Assembly: GCA_019310975.1 (NCBI GenBank)
Contig: JAFDDH010000002.1
Span: forward strand, 33,569-97,568
Source: Deltaproteobacteria bacterium
GTDB taxonomy: Bacteria > Myxococcota_A > UBA9160 > UBA4427
Length of the DNA stretch: 64,000 nt
Reading direction: 5' to 3'
Positions 52,648 through 61,350 of the stretch are shown here, one piece after another (within the stretch, counting starts at the first letter, position 1; each line of letters opens with the position of its first letter). Below the pieces are notes generated by a model. It was not told where the DNA came from, ran no database searches, and saw nothing but the letters and a program-made list of their open reading frames with translations. Both the position numbers and the translations under genes were made by a program.

Positions 52648-53628
52648 CTACCCGATGCGAAGCAGGATCTTCCCGAAGTGCGTACTGGCCTTCATGATCC
52701 GGTGGGCTTCCGGCGCCTCGGCGAGGGGCAGCACGCGATCGACCACGGGCCGAATCGTCCCGGAGTCGAGGTCATTGCCAAAGCGCTGGATCAGGGAGTG
52801 GGCGAGGCGCGCCTTGTCGTCCTCGGAGCGCGATCGCAGCGTCGAGCCGATGATCTGCAGTCGCCGAGTCAGAAGTGCCCCCAGATTCAGCTCCGCCTTG
52901 GCACCCCCCATCAGACCGATCAGTACGAGGCGTCCTTCCGGCGCCAGGCTCTTCAGGTTGGAGTCGAGATAGGGCGCGCCAATCGAGTCCAACACCACGT
53001 CGACCCCGCGGCCGCCGGTCGCATCCTGCACGGCACGTACGAAGTCGCCGTCGTTGTAGTTCACCGCCACGTCGGCGCCGAGATCGAGGCAGCGCTTGCA
53101 CTTCTCCTCGCTGCCGGCCGTGACCAGGACGTGCGCACCCGCCGCACGGGCGAGCTGGATCGAGGCGGTGCCGATGCCGCTGCCCCCACCATGCACGAGC
53201 AGCCATCCAGCTGCGGGCAGATCGGCCAACGAGAATACGTTGAGGTACACGGTCAGCAGGACCTCGGGCAGGGCAGCCGCCTGGCTGAGATCGACGCCCT
53301 TGGGCACGCGCATCACGCTACCCGCATGCACGACGACCTCCGCCGCGTAGCCGCCACCGGCCAGCAACGCCATCGCACGGTCGCCCACCTGCCAGCCCCG
53401 GACCGCATCGCCCACCTCGATCACCTCACCCGAGCACTCGAGTCCGAGGATTTCCGAGGCGCCGGGTGGCGGGGGATAGAAGCCCTGTCGCTGCAGCAGG
53501 TCGGCCCGATTCACACCGCAGGCGGCCACCCGCAGTCGTACGTCGGTCGAACGCAGGGTGGGCGCGGGGGTCTCGCCGACGTACATCACGTTCTCGTCAC
53601 CCGGCGCGTCGATCAGGATTGCTTGCAT
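52648..53628 (-). CDS. NAD(P)H:quinone oxidoreductase (MDR superfamily, PIG3/Qor-like)
   Basis: 326 aa. [43 protein letters not shown], and a C-terminal HFGKILL. Confidence 0.85.
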   Translation of the reverse strand: MQAILIDAPGDENVMYVGETPAPTLRSTDVRLRVAACGVNRADLLQRQGFYPPPPGASEILGLECSGEVIEVGDAVRGWQVGDRAMALLAGGGYAAEVVVHAGSVMRVPKGVDLSQAAALPEVLLTVYLNVFSLADLPAAGWLLVHGGGSGIGTASIQLARAAGAHVLVTAGSEEKCKRCLDLGADVAVNYNDGDFVRAVQDATGGRGVDVVLDSIGAPYLDSNLKSLAPEGRLVLIGLMGGAKAELNLGALLTRRLQIIGSTLRSRSEDDKARLAHSLIQRFGNDLDSGTIRPVVDRVLPLAEAPEAHRIMKASTHFGKILLRIG

Positions 53629-53641
53629 GAGCCCAAGGGTA

Positions 53642-54820
53642 CTATTTCAGATCCTGACGCGTGTATTCCAGCAGGCCGCGGGCAATGATCAGGCGCTGGA
53701 TCTCACCCGTACCCTCGTAGATGTCGGTGATCCTGCTATCCCGAGCCCACTTCTCGAGCAGGTGCTCGCGCGAGATCCCCATGGCTCCGAGGATCTCGAT
53801 GCAGCCCTGCGTGATGGCCCGGACCGAGCCACCTGCATGCGCCTTGCAGACCGACGATTCCATGTTGTTGGGCTTGCCCTCGCCGGCCAGCCAGCAGCAC
53901 TGCAGCGTGGTCCACTTCGAGGCATCGTAGATGGCCTCGAGGCGGATGAACTTCTCCGCCGCCGCTGTCTGCGTGCCGGGACCGGCCTTGTAGTCGATCT
54001 CGATGCCAGCCGACTCGAGCTGCTCGCGGGTGAAGTCGAGGGCCGCCTCGGCCAGGCCGAGCCCCATGGCCGCCGTCATCGGCCGCGTCATATTGAAGGT
54101 CTTCATGACCCCACGAAAGCCGCCCGAGTTCTTCTTCGGAATCGACTCGTCGCCGCCCAGCAGATTGCTGCGCGGGATGCGGCAGTCGCTGAACACGTAG
54201 GCGGCGGTGTCGTCTGCCCGGATGCCCAGCTTCTTCTCCTTGTGCGACACGTCGAAGCCCGGCGTGCCCTTCTCGACCAGGAAGGACTTGATCCCCGCGC
54301 GCCCCGCCGACTTGTCGAGAGTGGCCCAGAGCACCACGGCGTCGGCGCGGATGCCGGTCGTCACGAAGATCTTCTCCCCGTTGATCACCCACTCGCCGGT
54401 CTCCTCGTCGAGCACCGCGGTGGTGGAGACGCGCGATGGGTCCGAGCCGCAGCCCGGCTCGGTGATCGCCATCGAAAGGCAGAGACCGCCCCACTTCGCC
54501 TGCTGCTCGGGCGTACCTGCGGCGCTGAGCGCAGCGTTGCCCAGGCCACCGCCTTCGCGGCGCAGGCGGATCGAATAGTCGCCCCAATAGGTGCCGATGG
54601 ACTGCAGCGCCAGCATCACCGGTCGCGAGGTGTCCTCGGGGCCCGACTGGGGCAAGGGTCCGGCATTCTTGATGAACTCCTCCGCCTCGGGAAGCACCTC
54701 CGGCGGCATCTCGTGCTCGTTCTCGTCGTAGTAGCGCGCGTAGGTTCGCGCGATCAGCGCCGCCTCGCGGGTGCGCGCCAGTGCGGCCTGGTCGTTCTCG
54801 GTCAGGGTGAAGTCGATCAT
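53642..54820 (-). CDS. Acyl-CoA dehydrogenase
   Basis: 392 aa. ITEPGCGSD, and the C-terminal DIYEGTGEIQRLIIAR, which holds the catalytic Glu in YEGT. Confidence 0.9.
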   Translation of the reverse strand: MIDFTLTENDQAALARTREAALIARTYARYYDENEHEMPPEVLPEAEEFIKNAGPLPQSGPEDTSRPVMLALQSIGTYWGDYSIRLRREGGGLGNAALSAAGTPEQQAKWGGLCLSMAITEPGCGSDPSRVSTTAVLDEETGEWVINGEKIFVTTGIRADAVVLWATLDKSAGRAGIKSFLVEKGTPGFDVSHKEKKLGIRADDTAAYVFSDCRIPRSNLLGGDESIPKKNSGGFRGVMKTFNMTRPMTAAMGLGLAEAALDFTREQLESAGIEIDYKAGPGTQTAAAEKFIRLEAIYDASKWTTLQCCWLAGEGKPNNMESSVCKAHAGGSVRAITQGCIEILGAMGISREHLLEKWARDSRITDIYEGTGEIQRLIIARGLLEYTRQDLK

Positions 54821-54880
54821 TCTCTCGTTTCCTCGATCTCGCCTCGGCGAGTGGAAGGGTGGAAGCGGATCCGGGCGACG

Positions 54881-55975
54881 CTAGAGCGCCACTGTGCCCT
54901 CGAGCACGCTCAGTGTGCGCGCGTTTCGGAACCACATCTCGACGGGGTGCTCACGAATGAAGCCGTGGCCGCCGAGCACTTGAATGCCATTGTCGGCGAT
55001 CCACATCGACTTCTCGTTGACGTAGGTGCGCACGAAACGGGCCGCCCTGGTCGCGTCATGGCCGCGCTCGAGATGGCTGGCGGCCTGCCAGACCAGGTTG
55101 CGCATGGCCTCACATTCGATGTGCATCTCGGCCAGTCGGAACGCGATCGACTGCTTCTTGGCGATTTCCTCATCGAAGGCCACACGATCCTTGCTGTAGG
55201 GGATGCAGTATTCGAGCACCGCACGCGAGAGGCCCACGAGCGCCGCGCCGAGCGCCGCGCGACCATTGTTCACGAGGCACACCACGTCACAGCCGGCATC
55301 ACCACCAAGCCGATCCTCGGGCCCGACCTCGACGCGCTCGAGCTCGATGCTCACCGTGGTGAGCCCACGCAGGCCCATATTCAGCTCCGGCTCCGAGATC
55401 GAGAGGCCCTCCGCGTCACGGGCCACGAAGAAGGCGTCGACCCTGTCCTCGCTGCGCGCGAAGACCAGGAAGTGGCTCGCGCGATCGCCCATCACCACGA
55501 AGGACTTGGCGCCCGAGATCACGAAGCCCTGGCCCTTGGGCTCGGCCACGGTGCGCGGCCGCAACGGCTCGGCTACGGGACCGGGTTCCAGCAGCGCCAG
55601 CGCGGCAGTGTGGAACCGCTCCGTGCAGAAGAGCGGCAGGTACTTCTGCTTCTGCGCATCGCTGCCGTGGTCGAGTACGGCGTTCACGAAGGGGTTCGGC
55701 GCGAGGGCGGCCAATGCCAGCGTGGCGTCCCCATACGCGAGCTCCTCGAGCAGGATCGCATTGGTAATCGGCGAGCGCAGCTCTCCGCCACCACCGTACT
55801 CGGCGGGGATCTGTGTGTTCGTGAGTCCCAGCTCCCAGATCGTCTGCAAGAAGTCATCGGGGATCGCCGACGCCTCGTCGCACTGGCGGCCAATCGGCCG
55901 CATGGCCTCGGCCGCAAACTCGCACAGGGTGTCGCGCACGATCTCCTGCTCTTCCGTCATTCCGAACGAAATCAT
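54881..55975 (-). CDS. Acyl-CoA dehydrogenase family protein (shorter paralogue)
   Basis: 364 aa. The layout is ACAD-like (LLEPGPVAEP in place of the usual xTEPxxGSD). It ends ...RTLSVLEGTVAL, immediately after the EGT motif. Confidence 0.85.
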   Translation of the reverse strand: MISFGMTEEQEIVRDTLCEFAAEAMRPIGRQCDEASAIPDDFLQTIWELGLTNTQIPAEYGGGGELRSPITNAILLEELAYGDATLALAALAPNPFVNAVLDHGSDAQKQKYLPLFCTERFHTAALALLEPGPVAEPLRPRTVAEPKGQGFVISGAKSFVVMGDRASHFLVFARSEDRVDAFFVARDAEGLSISEPELNMGLRGLTTVSIELERVEVGPEDRLGGDAGCDVVCLVNNGRAALGAALVGLSRAVLEYCIPYSKDRVAFDEEIAKKQSIAFRLAEMHIECEAMRNLVWQAASHLERGHDATRAARFVRTYVNEKSMWIADNGIQVLGGHGFIREHPVEMWFRNARTLSVLEGTVAL

Positions 55976-56007
55976 TGTCCTACCTCCCCTTGCGGATCTC
56001 CGGAGCG

Positions 56008-56778
56008 CTACTCCCGACCCGGGTCGTTGTCGTCGTCTTGCGAACGCGCGCCGGACGGTTTGCCGGCGCGTGAGGGCTGATGGAAGTACTCATCCATTGC
56101 GTGATGGGCGCCATCCTTGGTCATCAGGCCACGCTTCACGGCGTCGCGCGCGTCCACGCTGCCGAGCGCCACGCCGCACCAGACGCGGGCATCCGCCGTA
56201 TACCGGACGTCGGCGTGGTCGGCGAAGTCGGGCCGGATTTCGCACTGGCCCCGATGGATGGCCACGGTCCAGACGCCGCCGCCCTCGCCCGTCAGGCGGA
56301 TCTCGAAGGTCACATCGGTGTCGCGGGCACGCTCGTCACGCAGCAGGAAGGGAAGCGACTCCATGATCGACTGCGGCGATGTCGAGTCGAAGCGGCTGAC
56401 GTCGATGTCGAGGTCACTGATGCCTGTATGCACCCACCAGCGCGCGATCGAGGAGATGATGGGCTCGAGCGAACGCCCGCGCTCGGTGGCGACATAGAGC
56501 GATCGACTGCCCTCGGCGACGGTGGTCACGAAGCCATCGGAGACCAGCTGGCGCAGCCGACCCGAGAGCACGCGCGGCGCGATGCCCGTGCGTACGCGGA
56601 GCTCCTGGAATCCCCTCGGGCCTACCAATAGCTGCCGCACGAGAACCAGCGTCCACCGATCTCCGATCACCTCCAGGGCTCGGGCGACGGGATCGAAGAT
56701 CTGGCCCGGGCTGGGGATGAAGGCTCGGCGGGGCGTCGAGGCCGGCCTCGCCGCGGATGTGGAGTCGAGACTGCTCAC
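56008..56778 (-). CDS. HxlR-type winged-helix regulator fused to an SCP2 (sterol-carrier-like) domain
   Basis: 256 aa with a GTG start. ALEVIGDRWTLVLVRQLLVGPRGFQELRVRTGIAPRVLSGRLRQLVSDGFV is an HxlR HTH. The C-terminal half (FEIRLTGEGGGVWTVAIHRGQCEI...ARDAVKRGLMTKDG) looks SCP2-like. Confidence 0.8.
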   Translation of the reverse strand: MSSLDSTSAARPASTPRRAFIPSPGQIFDPVARALEVIGDRWTLVLVRQLLVGPRGFQELRVRTGIAPRVLSGRLRQLVSDGFVTTVAEGSRSLYVATERGRSLEPIISSIARWWVHTGISDLDIDVSRFDSTSPQSIMESLPFLLRDERARDTDVTFEIRLTGEGGGVWTVAIHRGQCEIRPDFADHADVRYTADARVWCGVALGSVDARDAVKRGLMTKDGAHHAMDEYFHQPSRAGKPSGARSQDDDNDPGRE

Positions 56779-56784
56779 TACATG

Positions 56785-56801
56785 AGTATCTATTGGATAC
56801 T
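56785..56801. promoter_or_regulatory. Palindrome AGTATC-TATTG-GATACT adjacent to the HxlR-type gene start (candidate operator)
   Basis: Perfect 6-bp inverted-repeat arms separated by 5 bp, 7 nt upstream of the GTG at 56778. It lies within an AT-rich island. Confidence 0.35.
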
Positions 56802-57048
56802 GATTGAAGTGTCAATAAGGATAAAATTGCAGACACACTCCGATATCGAATATTTAGTTTTGTATTTCAAGTACTTACGAATAGATCAAGTGTCTTCAAC
56901 AGACTGCGAAAAGCAATCTTGAACTGACTGGATTGCCGAATGCGGGTTCACAGGTCACAATCGAGAGAAGTCATGCCCCTTTGGGGGCAGATCAGGCGGA
57001 CTCCGCCGGGACCGCTGCTCGCCAGCGCCCCGTCCGGATCTGCGGCCG

Positions 57049-57497
57049 GAGGTGGATGGAAGATCGCCGGCGGACGAGCAGCGTCCGCGGGAGGAAAGTC
57101 CGGGCTCCACAGGACAGGGAAGTCGGTAACACCGACCCGGGGCAACCCGAGGGAAAGCGCAACAGAAATCACACCGCCGAGGATTCACGGCGGGGGCTCG
57201 CAAGAACCCTCGCGCGTGTGGCGGGCGCAGGTCGCCCGCCCGGTAAGGTTGAAATCGTGGGGTAAGAGCCCACGCGCGACAGCCGGGCGACCGGCGGCGA
57301 GGCAAGCCCTTCCCGGAGCAAGCTTGAATAGGGGCACTTTTGAGGACGGTCCGTCCGATCGCGAGGTCTCACGGCTTCGCACAGTGCCCGGGTGAGAGCG
57401 CTCGAGCAGCGTGGCAACGCGTTGCCTAGATGAATGATCTTCGCCGGCACCGGGGCAACCCGGAGTCGGAACAGGACCCGGCTTACAGTCCACGCTA
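57049..57497 (+). ncRNA. rnpB: RNase P RNA, bacterial type A
   Basis: The universally conserved P4 region GGGAGGAAAGTCCGGGCTCC is at 57089-57108. The window also contains GGTAAGGTTGAAA, GTAAGAGCCCAC, GGAGCAAGC, GCCTAGATGAATGATCTTC, and the 3' P4 strand ACAGGACCCGGCTTAC at 57471-57486. The 5' GAAGAT pairs with the 3' ATCTTC (P2), and GTGGAT pairs with GTCCAC (P1). The ends are good to about +/-10 nt. Confidence 0.85.
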
Positions 57498-57602
57498 AGG
57501 GGCGCAGCCCCCACGCCGTCCAGGGAAGAAGCCAAGGCCACGCCCCGGACGCTCCGACCGATCGCCTGCCCCCGGACGCACACAGCAGGGCCCGTCCGGC
57601 GA

Positions 57603-58670
57603 TCAGGCCAGCTCGCCGACATTTCGCCGCAGGCAACGCAGCCTCGCGCGACGCTCGGGCCCGTAGCCCTGCCACTTGGCCTGGGGCAGCAGCGCGGGCG
57701 GGACGAGCTCGAAGCCGTGGCGCTCGAAGAACTGCACGACCCGTTCCGACGTCGTGCACGCAAAAACGAAGCCGTAGCCCGCATCCGCCGCCGTCTCGAG
57801 CGCAAAGCGCAGCAGGTGAGTGCCGACGCCCTCCCCCACGAAGCGGGTGAGTGTGTAGAGCCCGGCGATCTCGCCCGCCCGCTCTTTGGGATACGGGATC
57901 AGCGAGCCGATGCCGGCCAAGTAGCGACCCTCGATGAAGACACCGAACGCGCATTCGAGCAGCCCCTCGAGCTCGCCCTCCTCGCGTGGCGCCAGGTAGC
58001 CCTCCTCAACGCCCCTCGAGACGAGATGCGCGGCCGCATCGAAATCGTCGAGAGCCAGCGGGCGCACCTCCGCGTAGCGCTCGCGCGTAAAGAGAGTGCC
58101 CGAGCCCGCGTAGGTAAAGAGCTCGTCCTCCAACCCGTCGAGGCTGCAGAGGCTGACAGAGGGCAGCCCACCGGCGAGCATCTCGCGAATCTCGCCCAGC
58201 AGCCGCGTGTCCAGGCTGGCTCCCGGCTCGGCCAGCATGCGGTCGAGGTCGGCCACGTCGACCACCGAGATTCGCTCGCCACCCGGTCCTCGGAGCGCGC
58301 CCCGCTCGTCGATCCACACCAGCTTGGCGAGCCGGAGGCGCTGCACGCTCTCGCGGCAGGCGGCCGCGAAGCGCGCCGGGTCGAGCTCGAGCCCCACGCG
58401 TTGCCCGGCCCGCTGCGCGCGCCACAGGCGCGCCACCCAGTCGCTCTCGCCTGCGTAGATGACGTGAACAGGCCCCAACGCCATCAGGGTCGAGCGGGCC
58501 GCTGCGAGCAGCAGCGTCCGTGTCCCGTTGGCGGTCAGCTCGTCCAGAACGCTGCCCAGCCGGCCACGGCCCGGGTCGCTGGATGCGGGCAGGGCCACGG
58601 CGAGGCTCCGACCGCGGAACTCCGCCAGATAGAAGCTCTTCTCGGTAAACGTCCAGCCGGGGTCCGACAT
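57603..58670 (-). CDS. ArgA-like amino-acid N-acetyltransferase (reduced kinase-like domain + GNAT)
   Basis: C-terminal 355 aa of ORF 57603..59156, from the ATG at 58670 (MSDPGWTFTEKSFYLAEFRGRSL...). The central SGTLFTRE resembles ArgA. The C-terminal GNAT fold reads IAGLYTLTRFVGEGVGTHLLRFALETA...FFERHGF. Confidence 0.65.
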   Translation of the reverse strand: MSDPGWTFTEKSFYLAEFRGRSLAVALPASSDPGRGRLGSVLDELTANGTRTLLLAAARSTLMALGPVHVIYAGESDWVARLWRAQRAGQRVGLELDPARFAAACRESVQRLRLAKLVWIDERGALRGPGGERISVVDVADLDRMLAEPGASLDTRLLGEIREMLAGGLPSVSLCSLDGLEDELFTYAGSGTLFTRERYAEVRPLALDDFDAAAHLVSRGVEEGYLAPREEGELEGLLECAFGVFIEGRYLAGIGSLIPYPKERAGEIAGLYTLTRFVGEGVGTHLLRFALETAADAGYGFVFACTTSERVVQFFERHGFELVPPALLPQAKWQGYGPERRARLRCLRRNVGELA

Positions 58671-58773
58671 GTCGGGAGTGTCGCGCATCCGAGCGCGGCT
58701 GCACTGCTCCCCGCAGCCTCGGCCGCCGGGTCGTTTGGCCGCGGCCGCATTGAACCGGTATCGTGCGCCGCCG

Positions 58774-60549
58774 ATGGACTGGCCGATGTGGTTCACGCTA
58801 GCCGTGGTCTTGATCGCCCTTGGCCTGATGGTCTGGGAGGTCGCCGCACCTGATCTCGTCATGATGGCGGCGCTCGTCAGCCTCGGCGTCACGGGCATCT
58901 TGACGCCGCGCGAGACCTTCAGCGGCTTCGCCAATCCGGCCGTTGCGATGGTGGGTGTGCTCTTCATTTTCTCGGCCGCACTGCGCGAGACCGGGGCCCT
59001 GGACATGACGCTGGGGCGCTTTCTCGCGCGCTCGCACGATGTGGTCGGCGGCACTGCGCGCATCAGCGCGCCGGTCACATTGCTCTCGGGCTTCCTCAAC
59101 AACGCTCCGATCGTGGCCATGATGACGCCATCGGTAATCGACTGGGCCCGCCGCAACCGGCTCTCGCCGAGCCGCTTTCTGATCCCGCTGAGCTACGCCT
59201 CGATCCTGGGCAGCACCCTCACGCTGATCGGCACCAGCAACAACCTCATCGTCGCCGGTATGGTGGACGACGCGGCAATGCCACCAATGAACTTCTTCGA
59301 GCTGCTGCCGGTGGGTCTACCGATCGCCCTGATCGGACTGATCTACCTGATCGTCGTGGCGCCGCGCCTGCTGCCCGATCGGGTGGACCCCGGGGACGCC
59401 CTCGGTGAACGGCGCCGCGAGTACGTCACGACGATGGTGGTCCGGCCGGACTGCCCGTTGGTCGGGCAGAGCGTCGAACACGCCGGGTTGCGCCATCTGC
59501 CGGGGCTCTTCCTCGTCGAGATCGATCGGCGCGGGCGCGTCATCACACCGGTGCGCCCCGACGAGGCCATCGAATCGGACGATCGACTGGTCTTCGCAGG
59601 CGTCGTGGCCACCATCGTCGACCTGCAACGGATCCGCGGTCTGGTGCCGCTCAGCGAGGAGGAGGCGGGTGAGGGCGATGTCGAGCGCCATCGCCATCCG
59701 CTCGTAGAGGCAGTGGTTTCGACCTCGTCACCACTGGTCGGCCGCAGTATTCGCGATTCGGACTTCCGATCCGCCCACGATGCAGCCGTGATTGCCGTGC
59801 ACCGCAACGCCGAGCGCGTGCCCGGCAAGATCGGCGAGATCGTCCTGCAGCCGGGCGACACGCTGCTGATGCAGACGGCGCCGGGCTTCATGCGCCGCAA
59901 TCGCAACAGCCCTGACTTCTACCTGGCCAGCGAGCTGCCCGATAGCGAAAAGCCGCGCTTCGACCGTGCCTGGGTCGCGCTGGCCGTGCTCTTCGGCATG
60001 GTGGCGGTGGTCAGTACGCGGCTCCTGCCGATCACGATGGCCGGCTTCGTGGCCGTGGGCATATTGCTGGCCACGCGCTGCATCTCCGCCAACAAGGCGC
60101 GTCAGAGCGTCGTGTGGTCGGTCCTGATCGTGATTGCCAGCGGGCTCGGCATCGCAGGGGCGATGGAAAAGACCGGTGCAGCGGCCACGGTCGCGCAGGG
60201 ATTGGCCTCGCTCTTCGGCGAACTCGGTCCACACGGTGCCCTGATCCTGATCTACGCCACCTGCATGCTGCTGGCCGAGCTGCTCCACCACAGCGCGGCC
60301 GTCTCGATCATGTTCCCCGTCGCGGTGGCCATGGCCGCTCAGGTGGGCGCTGACCCGCGCGCCTTCGTGATCGCCGTGGCGATCGGCTGCACGTGCTGCT
60401 TCTCGAATCCGGTCGCCTACCAGACCCACTTGATCGTCTACGGCGCCGGCGGGTACCGGTTCAGCGACTTCGTTCGCATAGGTCTGCCCCTGAATGCGAT
60501 CTGTGCGCTCGTAGCGATGATCGCAATTCCGCGGATCTGGGGCTTTTAG
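58774..60549 (+). CDS. SLC13/DASS-family anion permease with two central TrkA-C (RCK_C) domains
   Basis: In ORF 58669..60549, from the ATG at 58774 (MDWPMWFTLAVVLIALGLMVWE). Transporter motifs FLNNAPIVAMMTP and CTCCFSNPVAYQTHLIVYG. Two RCK_C-like inserts: GQSVEHAGLR...VFAGV and GRSIRDSDFR...LLMQ. Confidence 0.85.
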   Translation: MDWPMWFTLAVVLIALGLMVWEVAAPDLVMMAALVSLGVTGILTPRETFSGFANPAVAMVGVLFIFSAALRETGALDMTLGRFLARSHDVVGGTARISAPVTLLSGFLNNAPIVAMMTPSVIDWARRNRLSPSRFLIPLSYASILGSTLTLIGTSNNLIVAGMVDDAAMPPMNFFELLPVGLPIALIGLIYLIVVAPRLLPDRVDPGDALGERRREYVTTMVVRPDCPLVGQSVEHAGLRHLPGLFLVEIDRRGRVITPVRPDEAIESDDRLVFAGVVATIVDLQRIRGLVPLSEEEAGEGDVERHRHPLVEAVVSTSSPLVGRSIRDSDFRSAHDAAVIAVHRNAERVPGKIGEIVLQPGDTLLMQTAPGFMRRNRNSPDFYLASELPDSEKPRFDRAWVALAVLFGMVAVVSTRLLPITMAGFVAVGILLATRCISANKARQSVVWSVLIVIASGLGIAGAMEKTGAAATVAQGLASLFGELGPHGALILIYATCMLLAELLHHSAAVSIMFPVAVAMAAQVGADPRAFVIAVAIGCTCCFSNPVAYQTHLIVYGAGGYRFSDFVRIGLPLNAICALVAMIAIPRIWGF

Positions 60550-61350
60550 CTGGAACCACGGCGGGCGATCGAGCATCTCACTCCCAGGATCGCAGGCCCC
60601 CAGGGCTCGGACTCGGCATCGACGGGCATCCCCATGGGGCGGAGCCTTGTCGTCCGTACGTCCGTACGTACGATAGGTGTCAGTTGGCCAGCCACGAGCC
60701 CGACCCGGGCCGGAGGACGAGCCAGCCTAGAACGATAGGATGGGGTGAATTCACAACGAAATACTTGGGATTCCACGATGGTCGGCCGATATCGCCCTCT
60801 GGTACCGGTGGCGCGCAGTGGGGGCGAGCCATGGGAGCCATGGGATAGGAGGCTTGACACGAGACGGCAATTGCGTGGGTGGGGCACCCCGATCAGTCGG
60901 GGGCATGCCCCCGCGGCCAACACTTCGCGGTGCCGTGAGCCGCTTGAAATGCGGAAAAAGGGCTGGCCAAATGCGCAAAAAAACTCCAATATGCCGGCCA
61001 TCTGCCAACCCCCCCGCTCGATCATCCAGAACAACGGCCGTCCCGGCACGCGCCCATCGGAGCGGCCTTAATCGGCGACTGCGGCGAGCGTTCGGTCGCC
61101 CGGACGTTCGGCGGCCACTTCGGCGGAGCGGAAGAGTCAGACCGACGCCGCCCGGAGCTGGGAGGGCCGATGATCACCGTCGCGGGTTGGAGCGTTGGAG
61201 CGAAACAGACAAGAGAAGAGACAGGCGAGAAGGTTCCGATGGGCATCGAGCTTCAACTCGTGCCCGTGATAGTGAGTTCTTGAAACCGGCCCCCCCCGGG
61301 CGGTATCCGATGAAGTACGGAAGTGCACCGAGGGACCGAGAGGTGAGTCA

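Noticed and set aside
53558-56080. Very long ORFs antisense to well-supported genes. Examples are 53558..56080 (+, 840 aa, opposite the ACADs), 22886..24787 (-, 633 aa, opposite the TPR gene), 49036..50700 (-, 554 aa, opposite ftsZ) and 38018..39415 (-, opposite murF).
   Set aside because: These are typical high-GC shadow ORFs. Their composition is dominated by Arg/Ala/Gly/Pro/His and they contain no recognisable motifs. Each fully overlaps a gene with strong family signatures on the other strand.
56933-57395. Track ORFs 56933..57265, 56940..57395, 56955..57305 and 57169..57954 as protein-coding genes.
   Set aside because: They overlap the RNase P RNA, whose conserved P4 and other core sequences are unambiguous. 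The translations are low-complexity and Arg/Gly/Pro-rich.
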